NCBI RefSeq assembly: GCF_001194135.2
Contig: NC_068986.1
Location: 43,989,351-44,053,350, forward strand
Length of the DNA: 64,000 nt
Direction of reading: 5' to 3'
DNA from: Octopus bimaculoides
Taxonomy: Eukaryota
In this document: positions 35,979 to 48,703 of the stretch, piece by piece
Layout: each line of letters begins with the position of its first letter
Numbering within the stretch: the first letter of the stretch is position 1
Made by a program: the position numbers and the translations under genes
The notes under the pieces: generated by a model
What the model was told of the DNA's origin: nothing
The model's database searches: none
What the model saw: the letters and a program-made list of their open reading frames with translations, nothing else

Positions 35979-37999
35979 TGTTACTGTCTCCAAATAGCTT
36001 CACAAATAACTGCAAAGACAAACATGTAAATCATATATGTATATGTTTTATTTTCAAACAAACCAACAACTTTCTCAAAAAAAATCAAGATATCCTCAGT
36101 CACACATTGATGAGTAATCTCTAAAATATAAACATTTCTCATAAGAAAGCCATATTTAAAATGCATGCCTTTGTATAAGTAATGCATATGAATGAGTATG
36201 ATGTATGTGTCTCTAGTTTTAAATACAAAAATATTTTTTATGTTCAGCATACATATCTGCTTGTGAGCTGTCTGCTGTCTTTTAAAAATGCATATATATA
36301 TATAGACACACACACACACACACACACATATTTATATACATACATATATATACACACGCACATACATTTATATACATAGATTTAAATGTGTGTGTGTGTG
36401 TGTGTGTACACAGGCAATAGGTGAAAGTTAGAAAAGCTCACATAGTCGTACTCTAAAGGATTTGAACTTAAACTCTGAAGTTCAAATCCTTTTGAGCCCT
36501 GCAAACACAGAATTACACATCTATTTTGCTTCCACTGAGTATCAGAGACATCCACTTAAACATATGAATTAAACTGATATGGGCTTAATGGACTAATTGC
36601 AAATAGACAAACGAGAATTTAATTTCTGTTAAGCTTGTATTCTTTTTTTATTTTACCCCAAAATATACTTATTCAGAAACCTGTTATTAGAATAAATGAA
36701 TCGTTATTTCGCATGAGTGTAGCTACCCCTAGTATTTGACTAGTACTTTATCGCCCCTGACGGGACGAAAGGCATGTAACTTCAGCAGGACTTCTGCAGT
36801 AGCAAGGCATTTTTCCCAATTTTCAAATGGTTCAACCAACCATTGCCCAAGTGCAAAGTATAGAGCAATAATTTGTCAAGTGTGGGTTATGGATTATCTC
36901 CTACTGATAATCCTATATGGCAATGAAGAGTAAGAAGAAACTGGATTAGTAGAATCTTTAATGCATCGAGAAAAATAACTAGCTTTTAGTGACAGGATTA
37001 TTTATAATTCTCAATTATAAATAAAGTACCAGCCAAAAGTATAGAAGTCGTTCATATCAACAAACCCCTATCTCTCAAAACTGCTACTGGTTTTATGCCT
37101 AAATAACAATTATTTTCCATACAAGCATGAAGTAACGAGAGGGAATCTAGATAAGAGATGAAAAGATGTAGATTAAGTTTGTCAAGCACTTATAAGTTAT
37201 TCCAACGAATCAATCACCAGTTACGGAAGTGATAATTTAGCATTAAAAAAAATATTAGCAAGTCTATTTTATCCAGTGTTTTCAAGCATATATTTTATTA
37301 AGTTTTAAACATTATTGGATTCCTTGCAAAGAATCACTTTGAAATACAAAACAATGTTGATGTAGTCACACCTGTCATTCATATTCGTTACATTTTATTT
37401 TGGACATCATATACTTAAAATTACTTTTAGAAATTATGAAAATAATTTTTAATCTACTTTCTTAATAAAGCCTATTTGCAACAGATAGGCTTTCAGTGCC
37501 CACCAACATCTTTATCAGATGCCAATTTTATTCCTTTAATTCTTTTTCTGCTATGTTGAAAGGAAGAATACATGTCACGCTTAACTCTTTTGTTTTCTTT
37601 TGTTGTTCGAGAACATAAAATACCGAATATATGAAACATACGGAGATGTTTTTCAAATAAGAATTTTGTTTCGCTTAAATTACACTAGTGTAAAATTAGC
37701 ATTCATAATAATTATTAGTTCTGAATTTTAAACTAATTGTAACTAAAAAGTAAAAATCTCGTGTATATTCTACAAAATTTAAGTTTAATACTAATCCAAA
37801 AAAGTGATGCCGGTGTTGTTTTTCATTTTTTATTAAGTGCTTTATTAGTAAATACAAACTTAAAATATTGGGGTGCAATGTATAATTATATCCATAGCAT
37901 CCAGGATTATATAAAAACAAAAATTACTGAATTTATTTTTAAAAAGTTAAAAGAGGGTTCTTAGTTTTGTTTTAAATTGTGGAAGTAAAGAACACTTAC

Positions 38000-38760
38000 T
38001 ACATGTAGCTGTCAGTAGATGATAAATGAAAGACAATACCTGAATACGAGAAAAGTCGATATTCGGAGCGAAAAAAAAGTCTTACAATAAAGTCGGAAAA
38101 TAAAGTCTTAAATAGGTTTCATAATAGAGGCTGCATTAAGTTAGAACTGAATCTTTTATGAAAAATCCCCTCAAATGAAATTAAAACAAGCAATAGATTT
38201 ACAAAGTTATGTTATATAAGATAATGTAAATTGCTGAATTTGGCATCAGAGATAGTCTAAGATAGTTTACTATAATGTGTCTAAAGAACAACAATGAGGA
38301 ACAGAACATTATTACCTAAACATAGAGAAAAGACATCCTATAATAAATACGGCGCCATTTTCAATGTTATAAAGGCGAAGAGAAGGTTGCTATATAGAAA
38401 ATATATAACTTTTAATACTAATTTCACCAAATTATTTTAACGCTATAAAATCCTATATAAAAAAATAAAAATCAAATATTTATAGATTGCATAGTTTATC
38501 TTTGATATATCAATAATATAACGTACAAAACTAGCTTTATAAATGGGTAGCTTTACATGTTAGTTTCGTACACACATGTGACTGCAGTTTATACTGTTAT
38601 TAGGGCTTGACTGTTTGAAGTTTGTCTGTGAGTCTTTTATCATCGTTTAACATGTGCACTTATATATTTTATATCGTTTTACTTGCATTTATTTTAGTAC
38701 TAACCAGTTCTCCCTTCTTTCTAATGAAGTTGTCACTAATATAACTAACAATAATAAGCG
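38000..38760. promoter_or_regulatory. Putative bidirectional promoter / first-exon region
   Basis: Unique CpG-containing sequence between the two divergent genes; YY1-type CGCCATTTT at 38353-38361; minus-strand donor CAG|GTATTG at 38040/38039; plus-strand donor GTGAGT at 38628 and TACTAAC at 38698. Confidence 0.5.
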
Positions 38761-41700
38761 GTATGGATTTTTAAATATTTCCCTTCTCGAATTTTTTTTA
38801 ATTATTATTATTATTTTTAAACGGTGGACGGAGTTTTAGTTTTAATATATTGTACATCAGATATTCAGGATCTACAGCAGCTATTTTTCTTAATCTGAAA
38901 CTTACCAACCACATAGTTTCGTATTCAGTCCCACTGCGCGGCAAGTGTATTCTACTTTTAGCCCCGAGGCCTTGCGAGTAGGCTCTTGGTTTGACCAATT
39001 TATAAAGGTAATAAAGCCTATTATTTCTTCACGAAGAAATAGTAATAATATTCATGCTCCTCCCAACGACATTATCGACTTAAATCGAAACTGGCTTGTG
39101 AAATCAAACCACCAAGCACTTAGGCTCAGTACACTATGGTGCAGATGTAGCTGTTTAAGAAGCTCGTTTTGCAACCACTTGGTTTCAAGTTCAGTCCCAC
39201 TGAGTAACATTTTGGGCAAGTGTCTTCTACTATACCCCAGTTGACTAATGCTTTGCGAATTAATTCGGTAGGAGGAAACTATGTATAAACCCGTCGTATG
39301 TATGTGTGTGTAAAACCCTTCCACCTTTTCGTCCCTTGCTTTGTTTACGTTTCCGTTATGTAGCAGTTCGGAAAAGACCGATAAAATAGGTATCAAACTT
39401 TAAAGAAAATAAATACTAAAGTCGATTTGTTCGATTAAACAGTTCAGGGCGGTGCCCTGATCATCCTCGTTTCTTTGTTGTCATCTTTAATACCGCTACG
39501 GGAAGCTTCTACATGATCGCTCACCTTACTAAAAAGGTAGACGGAATTCAGCTTTAAACATTATATAACCCCTCATAACTTTTATTTTTAGGAATTTTTA
39601 GAAAACTTTTGCGAATTGGTGTTCTACACGCGGGAAATCCTATGGTTATGTAAAAACCAAAACAAAAAGTTTTTTGTGTGATTTAAGGGCTATTTAGCTG
39701 TTATTGTTAGCATATCTCACGACCATCTGATACCCTTGTTCGCTGGGATTTAAACAAAATATTCGAACTGTCCGTATTTTAAACTGATTATAATAAGGAC
39801 ATTCGAAAAATTAGAAAATTTTTTTTCGTAATCGTATGAATTCCTGTGTTGAACACAAATGCATAAGAATTTTATGAAAATTCCAAAAAATAAAGTTATA
39901 TGGGGTGCTTAAAGCAGAATTCTAAATAATCTAAATGTTTGTGCTTTAAATGAGAATATAGTGTTAACCTCACAACGGTCGCTGTGTTATTTTGATACAT
40001 GCTTTCTCTCCTCCCCCGCATTAATTTTGAAAGATAATGTTGGAACAATGCCACATAAATCTCATAATTAACCTAATTCAAACAGGATTTTGAGATTTAG
40101 TGAAGGACATTTGAAATTCAAACCCCCTTGACAAAAGTGAAAACTTTTGGAAATATTTTTTTCTATTATCAGCATGGTATAATTTGAGAAAAGTGAGACC
40201 CACTTTGATTTTACTGCATAGCTTGTAGTTTTCCAATGACATTCACATTTGTAGGATAAGGTGGAGGGTAAATTACCAATTCGCTACTATTACTGGCAGA
40301 TCAAATATTGTACTAAATTGTATTTTAGCTACATAAAATCTATAGTGAACTGTACTCCACAGTGTGATTCTAGGTTCTGCTGTGCAGCACTTTGGACAAC
40401 TGCTTTCTACCAAAACCTCAGTGTTCATTAATGGAATATGGTAGACGGAAACCAGGAAAACCCAACATGTTTAGATACATTTATGTATTATTAGCATGAG
40501 AGCCTTGCATTTGTTTCCGTAAAAGGAGCATAAATAAGATGAACTTAGCCAGCAATAAACTGCAATGGATAAAAAGGGTACCAGAATAAGTGAGGTTAGT
40601 TTGATTCAAATGATGGCGGACCAACTAAAATCCAACAATTGTTGAACAAAATTCCTACTGTGTTTGCTTTGACCCTTTACAGTCTGCCAAAATCAACTTT
40701 TCCTTTGATCCTTCTGGGATTAAGACAAAGTACCACTCGTGTACTAAGGTCTATATGACATCATCGTCATGGCTGTGTGGTAAGAAGTTTGTTACCCAAC
40801 CACATGGTCCTGGATTCAATCCCACTGCATGGAACGTTGGGCAAGTGTCTTCTACTACAGCCTCAGGCTTACTAAAGCCTTGTGATGGTAACTGAAAGAA
40901 GTTTTTTGTGTGTGTATCTTTGTGTCTGTTTGTCTGCCACAACCAGTGTTGGTTTGTTGATGTCCACACAACTTAGCAATTCACCAAAAGAGACCAATAG
41001 AATAAGTATTCATTCGACTAAAAACTCTTCAAGGCAGTGCTTCACCATGGCCACAGTCTAATGACTGAAAAAAGTCAGTGGAATTGTTTTGTATTAATAA
41101 AAGAATATTCCTAAAATCTGGAAGACAGGGTAGAGTTTTAAAATCCCTGTCTCTTGAAGTCCTATATCTCATGAAAAAGAACAGAGTATGCAAGTGGGGG
41201 AGCAATAATGTAAAAACTTGAAATTTTTTGAGTATCGTAATTTCCGTTTTTTTGAAATACAAGTGTATTGAAAAAATAAAAGACCAAAACCCACCCCCTC
41301 CATTTCCTGTAAGATAGACTTTCCAGAACTCTTACCTGTTACATATTAGAGTTTGTAGAATATCCTAGATATCAGTTGAATTTTTAGAACATTTCAACTA
41401 AAACTTCTTGAAGCCCCAATATGGCCACAGTCCAGCAACTGAAACCAGTGAAAGTACTAACACACTAACTTATTTTGTTAAATAAACAAATTTACTTGGA
41501 ATAAAAACTTGTTTCAATTGTTACTTTTTTTTTTTTGTTTTTGTTTTTTCTAACATTTTTAATTCAGTTTTCTGAGTTTATAAAATCTCTTGTTGAATTG
41601 TTGAAAGATTATGGGATTTCTTGAACAGGTCAAAATGAAATGCAGATGAGTTTAAAAGCTTCCTGAAGGTTGAATGAAGTTGGGCAGGTGTGGATATTTG

Positions 41701-43319
41701 AAACTTGGGATTTATAATTTTGGAACAGAATAGCTGTTCCACATTAGTAGAAATTTCTGGGATATTTTTTTTTGGTGGAGAGTTCCAGATTACTTTTAGT
41801 ATCCCACATTTCAAAGCAATCGGAGGAGGCCGTTAAAAAAAAAACTGAATCTTTTTAAATCCGTTTTTCAAATGTCTTGCCCCACCCCATCATGCCTTCA
41901 GAACAGCCAGCCACCTTTAATTGTGATAGGGTCAGTGAAGTGAGTGGGGTATAAGAACTTTTTTTTTTTTTAATGCAAATATGTTTCAGAATGTGATAAA
42001 AGAAAAATAATAATTTTAATGGTGGCTGTTGTTCTGAAGGCTTGATGGTAGGATCAGACATTTGAAAAATATGCATGCTCCACTAACTGTGTAATGTTAG
42101 TTTTCATCATCATTTAATGTCCACCTTCCATGCTGGTATGGGTTGGACAGTTTGATAGACTTTGGTATGGTTTCTATGGCTGGATACCCTTCCTAATGCC
42201 AACTGCTTTACAGAGGGTATTGGGTGTAAAGTCACTAAGTAACTTGCAACACAAAAGCCCTGAACTGTGTGAGGAATAATATTGAGGGAAGTGACTTTGT
42301 GCCAGGTGATGAGAAGTTAGAGTATGATTTGAGGGACAGAAATAGGTGTCTTACAATAGAGGAAATGCTATCCCAGTTAGAAAAAGAGGGAGAGTAGTGA
42401 AGATGTGATGGGATGTGCACTAAGTTACAGGGAGGTAAGTCGTACAGAAGGTTAGACAGTGCATGGTTAGTGCAAATGAATAAGAAATTCCGTAAAAGAG
42501 GAATTAGCTGCAATGCAAAAGAAGAGAGGGTACTGGTATAGATGTGATGTCACTGGAAAGGGACAAGTGGGTAAAGCAGTATCAGATGAAATGAATCTGC
42601 TGAGAAGGAAGAAATGGTAAGGGCTGATCTAAGGATATTGAACCCCATGAAGCTGTGCTGGAGAAGGCTTATCCATCCCATGGAAGTATCGGATATCAAA
42701 CAATAATGATGCCAAAAATGTAACCCAAGTAAATCCAAAGATCTATCCTTTGGTCACACAACAGTGTTCATAATGAAAGAGAATATTTACTTCTCTTGAC
42801 AAAAAAAAACATTGATGTGGGTACAGACATGGCTTTGTGATTAAGAAGCTTGCATCACAATTATATCATTCTGAGTCTCAGTCCACATTACTGCACTTTG
42901 AATTAACTCACACAACTGCATGGAAACCCATCAGTTACCTTGTGTAACCCTTTAGCATTTAAACCTGCCATATCCAGCTCGAACAAATATCCGACCTGTT
43001 TTATGTTAAAGCCAACCAGATCTGGTCTCTCACACTTTGACTACAATGTCATTGTAAAAATAAACAATCACTTCACTGAAATCTCTAAGTTACAAGATAA
43101 TGCATGATTAATTCAAAACAATGTGAATAAATAAGCATTCACATTTAACAGTGTAATCTAGATGTTAAAAGGTTAGCACCACTACCTGGCCCTTGAATGA
43201 CTTTAGTAGTTTCAACCAGCTCTGTTGTAAGCATTGAAGTTAGGTTTGTAGTTAAGAACTTCTTCTCCCCAATCATAGAGATCCTACACGAGTGCTTCCT
43301 TCTTTTCATCATTATTATC

Positions 43320-44200
43320 ATCATCATCATCATTTAACGTCCACTTTCCATGCTGGCCTGGATTGGACAGTTTGAAGGCTGCACCAGGCTCCAATCTAAT
43401 CTGGCAAAGTTTCTACAGCGGATGCCTTTTCCAACGCCAACCACTCCGTGAGTGTAGTGGGTGCTTTAACATGCCACTGGCACGAGAGCCAGTCGGGTGG
43501 TATTGGCATCGTCCATGCTCCAATGGTGCTTTCTATGTGTCACTGGCACAGGAGCCAGTCAAGCAATGCTGGCAATGACCATGCTCGAATGGTGCTTTTT
43601 ACGTGCCAACAGCACAGGAGCCAGTCAGGCGGCACTGGCAACGATCATGCTCGAATGGTGCTTTTAACGTTCCACTGGCACGGGTGCCAGTCAGGCGGTA
43701 CTGTCATCGACCATGACAACGATTTCACTTGATTTAACAGGTCTTCGCAAACAGATTATGCCCAATGTTTGAAGAGTACTCTTAAATGGACTGGTTATGC
43801 AGCACTGGCATAGGCCACAAGTTATGGTCTCATTTGGCTTGCTGGGTCTTCTCAAGCACAGCATATCTCCAAAGGTCTCAGTCGCTTGTCATTGCCTTGG
43901 ACAGTCTCAATGTTCAAAGGTCATGCTTCACCACCTCGTCCCAGGATCTTGCTGGGTCTACCTCTTCCACAGGTTCCCTCGACTGCTAGGGTGTGACACT
44001 TTTTCACACTGCTGTCCTCATCCTTTCGCAACACATGACCATACCAGCGCAGTTGTCTCTCTTGCACACCACATCTGATGCTTCTTATGTCCAACTTTTC
44101 TCTCAGGGCACTTACACTCTGTAGTGTATGCACACTGACATTACACATCCAGCAGAGCATATTGGCTTCATTCCTTGCAAGCTTACGCATGTCCTCAGCA
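43320..44200 (-). mobile_element. RTE LINE 3' end (ORF2 C-terminus, ~66-bp tandem units at 43480-43720, GAT-repeat tail)
   Basis: LRWYGHVLR..GTCGRGRP motif; tail ends in (GAT)n on the element strand. Confidence 0.85.
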
Positions 44201-44869
44201 GTCACAGCAAGCAATAAATAATAAAACCAACAAACAAATCTTTTGATCACGTTTTAAGGATCCTCTAGAAATAAAATAGTACAGTTGATATTAAAAGGTT
44301 ATAAAAGGAAAATATGGATGGCTAATAGAACTAAGATAAACCTTTATTATGAATAAAAAAAAAACTGATGTCCCCTCCAAACCACTTGGAGCACCATAAA
44401 GGACTTTTTGCAGTGAATCCAGGGAGGTTTCATTTGTATGGCTACTGCTGCATTCTCCCAGTTCTTGGGATTGGTTTAGTTCTGCAATCAAATAAGCAAT
44501 CTTAAATTCAACAGTGAACTAGGTCTTGTGAAGTAAGTATTTAGCCCGTAGTTTTGCCAAACAATGTCCTATTCTACACACAATTGTAATAAAGAATTCA
44601 GACATTTTGAAGTAGTTGGGGAGGAATATGTATATCATAAGCAAAGTTTTTTATTGAACTATTCTGTTATGAATAAATGTTTACATTTCATGCTTTTTTA
44701 AACTCATCTCTTCATGCAAGTTTTAGCTGACATTTGAGCTTAAAGTATTTTTTTTTTATACTCTGTACAGAAATATCCTGTCATGACTAGAAGAGTGTCA
44801 CAATTCAAATACCTAGTTATTAATGATGTCTTTTTTTTTCTTTTTCTTTTTACATTAACTTGCTGGGTC

Positions 44870-47800
44870 TGGAGGAAGAGGCAATCTTCCTAGACCAGTG
44901 AGATTGATGCCATTAGTCTTCTGCTTGCAGGAAGTGAATTCCAGAGGTCTGGTATTCTGGTAAGAAAGAAGAAAGCATAGTGACTAGTGTGGGTGCCTGG
45001 AGGTAGTTAAGAACCACAAGGTTAATGAGAGGAGGAGAGACAAAAATGCTAGAGTGGAGGTGACATGAACCCTGCCCGCTCCAAGGAGCACAATCCATTA
45101 TATGTTGCAGTAGAAAAGACCAGAGACTGGAGAATATCTACAAGTGACTTTATGCTAATCAGTCGAGTGTCCTTTTTCCAAATGTAGTCCAGGGCATCTG
45201 TGTCTGCAGTTGTAGCGCCACCCCATATATGAGAGCAATACTCTACTGTGGCTATCACCTGAGCATTATAGAGAATAAATAATTATTGGTGGGGGCTGAA
45301 ATATCTTCTGGGCCTAAAGAGCAAGACCAATCATTGGGATATGGTCCTAGTTATGTTACAAATGTGATAGGGTGATTTTTAATGATTCTAACTTAATGCT
45401 GCTCAGGATTAAGTGGAGTGTGTTATGATGAGTAGTATTTGTGTTGCTGTAGAAAGAGGCAAGATTGGCATATCTCCATTGGAGAAGGTTTCTGCTCATG
45501 TAGTCAATGTGTGTGTGTGTGTGTAGCATGAGTGTCAGGTGCAGGTGGATATATATGGTTGGAGGAATGAAGGGTAGTGTCATCTGCAAATGGTTGGGCA
45601 TTGGTACATGTGGTGGTAAGTAAGTCATTGATGTGTAATAAGAAGAGAACAGGAGACGCAGAACGAGTTCCATCAGCACAGTGATAGTTAAATCTGACAA
45701 TAGAAAGCTACCAATCCTAGAAATAAGAGATAGGTAGAACATATAGGCAGAAAGTTTCAATAGGATATTTGCATACCAAATACAGTTTAAAGATCTGCTG
45801 ATATTGAGGGAAATAACATTGTTTTCACCAAATTTCTCCAAAGCAAGAACTCACTGATGTATCAAAGAAAAGAGTAGATGGCCACAGGATTTGGCTTTAT
45901 GGAAGTTGGGCTAAACATTAAGGAAAGAGAGGTTCAAAATGATGGAGAATATCACTAATGATTGTCTTCTTCACCTTAGAAACATTAGAAGTGAGTGCAA
46001 TAGGGTCACAGAGGTTATCTTTCGTAGGAATGAAACATACTGTAGCATGTTTCCAAGTATCAAGGTACAGGGTGACCCCAAAAAAAACAACCCATAAAAA
46101 TTTTATCAAATCCTACAGAGGTCCAGCAAATTTCTTGACATTTGCTGGACTTAAACTTCAGTCTGTGTACAATCATTTCCTTTACATAAAAGTCATGTTC
46201 TTTTCAAAATATGCTCCAAATGGCCTCTGCAACGTTGGAGATACGTACGTCATGCAAAATTGTCAATTACTCAAACACATTTCTCTTTAGGAATTTCCCT
46301 GATTTCTGCTTTCATTGCTGCCTTCAGTTCACCAATCATTTGAGGGTTGTTCTGGTAAACATTATCCTTGAGATACCCCCACAGATAAAATACTGGGGGG
46401 GGGGGGTTTCAATTCCAGTGAATGCAGGCTAGGGAGCCGTTTGATGCGTGGGGGTGGTACCTTCTTGCTGGAACCACTGTTCATCTCTATCTATCCTTCT
46501 GTGTTATCCCAGGGATACCCAAAACTTCCTCAGCGCTGCTACATAGTGCTCTGTATTCACCGTTTGAGTTCTCATTTTCGTCTTTGAACTAATATGGGCT
46601 GATGATGCCATGTTTAGAGATTGCTACTCATGCTGTGCACTTTGTTGAGTGTAACAACCTCTGAAACACTTCCTCCAGTGTTGATTTACCCCAATAAACA
46701 TTATTTTTGCTGTTTACATGTCCTGACAGCAAAAAGTGTGCTTCGTCAGAGAACCAAACACAATCCATGAAGTTTGGATTGTCTTCAATTGTCTCACAAA
46801 ACCATCCACACATGGTTGTTTTTCTATGTCTGCCTTTGTAAGTTTTTGCTTTATTTGGACCTGATAAGGATGCAAATAAAGATCTGATTTAAGAACATGC
46901 CTCAAAGACTCTTGAGAGATTCCCAGCATCATCGAAGTGATTTCTTTGGGCTCTACCCCACCAAGTCTCGTACAGCATCAATGTTTCTTTCTGTTCTAGC
47001 ACTCACCCTCCGACAGAATAAGTATCTCTCAGGCCTTTAGAAATAAGATTTTGCACAGTCCCATACTCTCTGAATTTCTGAAGCCAGTCAAAAATTCTAC
47101 TTTTTTGGTGGAGCATGATGGCACCAAAACTGTCTCTGAAAATTTGTTTGCATTGCAGTGTGTGATTTGTAGGCGAAATAGACCTCCAGGCAAAATGTCT
47201 TTTCTTTTGTTGACTAAGACATGTTAGGGTACGCTATTGTTCCAATCTTTCATGCACAAAGTCAACTTGTATACCCTGAAAAAGAAAAGAAGAAAAATTA
47301 AAATTAACAGTTTTTATTCAAAGATTTGTGGGTTCTGTTTTTTTGGGGTCATCCTATAGATCCTAGCAAAGGATGTCTTATGTGTTTGCTTAGTAATAAC
47401 ATCTACTCTGGAGTGTGATGTTTGAAGACAATGGAAAGAACACTATCAGGAATACTTCTGCATTTGATGTGTATGCAAGGTAGTGGATCTGAAGGGCAGG
47501 GAAGAGATAGAATTTGAAAGATACCAAATGTGTATGATGTGGACTTGACTGCATAAGTGGGCCATGAAGGCAGAAGTTTTTTCCTTAGAGGTATTGTTCA
47601 CAGCACCATTATTTTTATGAAGCAGAGATTCTGCAAAGTTGGTGGAAATCTTTTTGGCAAGAATTCAAATTCAGATAATAGCCTTATAGTTGTTGTATTG
47701 CTGGGTAAATGTCACCCAGTTTTGGCATGCATGTGTGTTTCATCAGATATTATAGGTCTTGCTTTTTTGCCTGAACAACTTCAGCATAACTGGGAAATTG

Positions 47801-48540
47801 GGACGTTAGGTTTTAGCTGTGTGCAGAATGTGGTGTTGTGATGGGTATTTGCAATAAGGTAGTAGTCAGGTAACACAGTGAGTGTGGAAATGTTTATAAT
47901 CTGGTGTAGATTAGGTTTAGAGATGAGTAAAAGATCAAGGGTTGTTGGCTACATCAAGAGGTGCCAATCTTTAATTGTAGCGGGAACATGTGGAAGAGGA
48001 AGACATGGGACAAAGTGGTGAGAAAGGATCTATATATGTTGGGACTCACAGAGGGGATGACAAGGGACCAAGACTCCTGGTGGTTTGCTGCGCTTGTAAA
48101 GACATGTCAAGCTAAGTAAAAGCATGGTAGCCTTTGCATATAGGCTCGTCCCCTGCAACCCTCTCCAGCTGAGCATCCCTAATCTCACAAGCTCATAGGT
48201 GTTGGTGCCACATAAAAAGCATCCATACCAGTGCTGTTTACAAGCACCCAGTACATTTTATAAAGTGGTTGACGTTAGGAAGGGCATCCAGCCACAGAAA
48301 CCATGCCCAAAACAGACAGGGAGCCTGAACAGCCCTTCAGCTGGTCAGCACCTGTCAAACTGTCCAACCCATGCCAGCATGGAAAATGGATGTTAAATGA
48401 TGATGTAGAGGGTAAGAAAAATTGAAGTGAATTAAGGATTGCAGAAGACTTAGCTTTTACACTGACAGCATCAGTATGGGGTGAGGTTATGGTAGAAGAC
48501 ACTAATAGTGCTGCAATAGTTACATACACATTATTAGAAT
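44870..48540 (-). mobile_element. Decayed CR1/Jockey-group LINE interrupted by the Tc1/mariner element and an RTE-tail repeat
   Basis: WKHA..P....PIALTS..SK and EYCSHIWGGA motifs; endonuclease-like remnants at 47850-47950 and 48420-48540; reading resumes across the TA insertion site. Confidence 0.7.
46068..47356 (-). mobile_element. Full-length decayed Tc1/mariner-superfamily element (maT/DD37D-like), ~1289 bp
   Basis: TIRs CAGGGTGACCCCAAAA with TA flanks. Transposase remnant 47222 to 46193 includes WFSDEAHF, LHSTKCTA, WFQQ(E)G and an LWGYLKD-like block; multiple stops and frameshifts. Confidence 0.9.
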
Positions 48541-48633
48541 GTTTATGTGTAGTTGTACTATCCTTTTTGTTTTTTCAGCACCCACAAAATTCAATTCACA
48601 AAAAAACTCAGTGATATTGAGATCAAAGTGACC

Positions 48634-48703
48634 ATGGACAACATGTCTGAAATCCAGATAGCTGATCAAATCATTCCAGAATCTGATCTTCTAAACAACT
48701 CTG
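48634..48703 (+). CDS. Probable first coding exon of an RRM-domain protein gene (MDNMSEIQIADQIIPESDLLNNS); exon starts at 48579
   Basis: Acceptor cctttttgttttttcag at 48578; strong Kozak context ACCATGG; donor G|GTGAGT at 48704; phase 1 matches exon 63340. The frame is also open upstream to 48579, so an earlier start cannot be excluded. Confidence 0.7.

Noticed and set aside
43480-43720. Regularly spaced ~66-bp repeats resembling an array or CRISPR
   Set aside because: These are degenerate tandem units without unique spacers, part of the RTE 3'UTR and seen again at 30100-30220 and 62690-62990; the context is eukaryotic.
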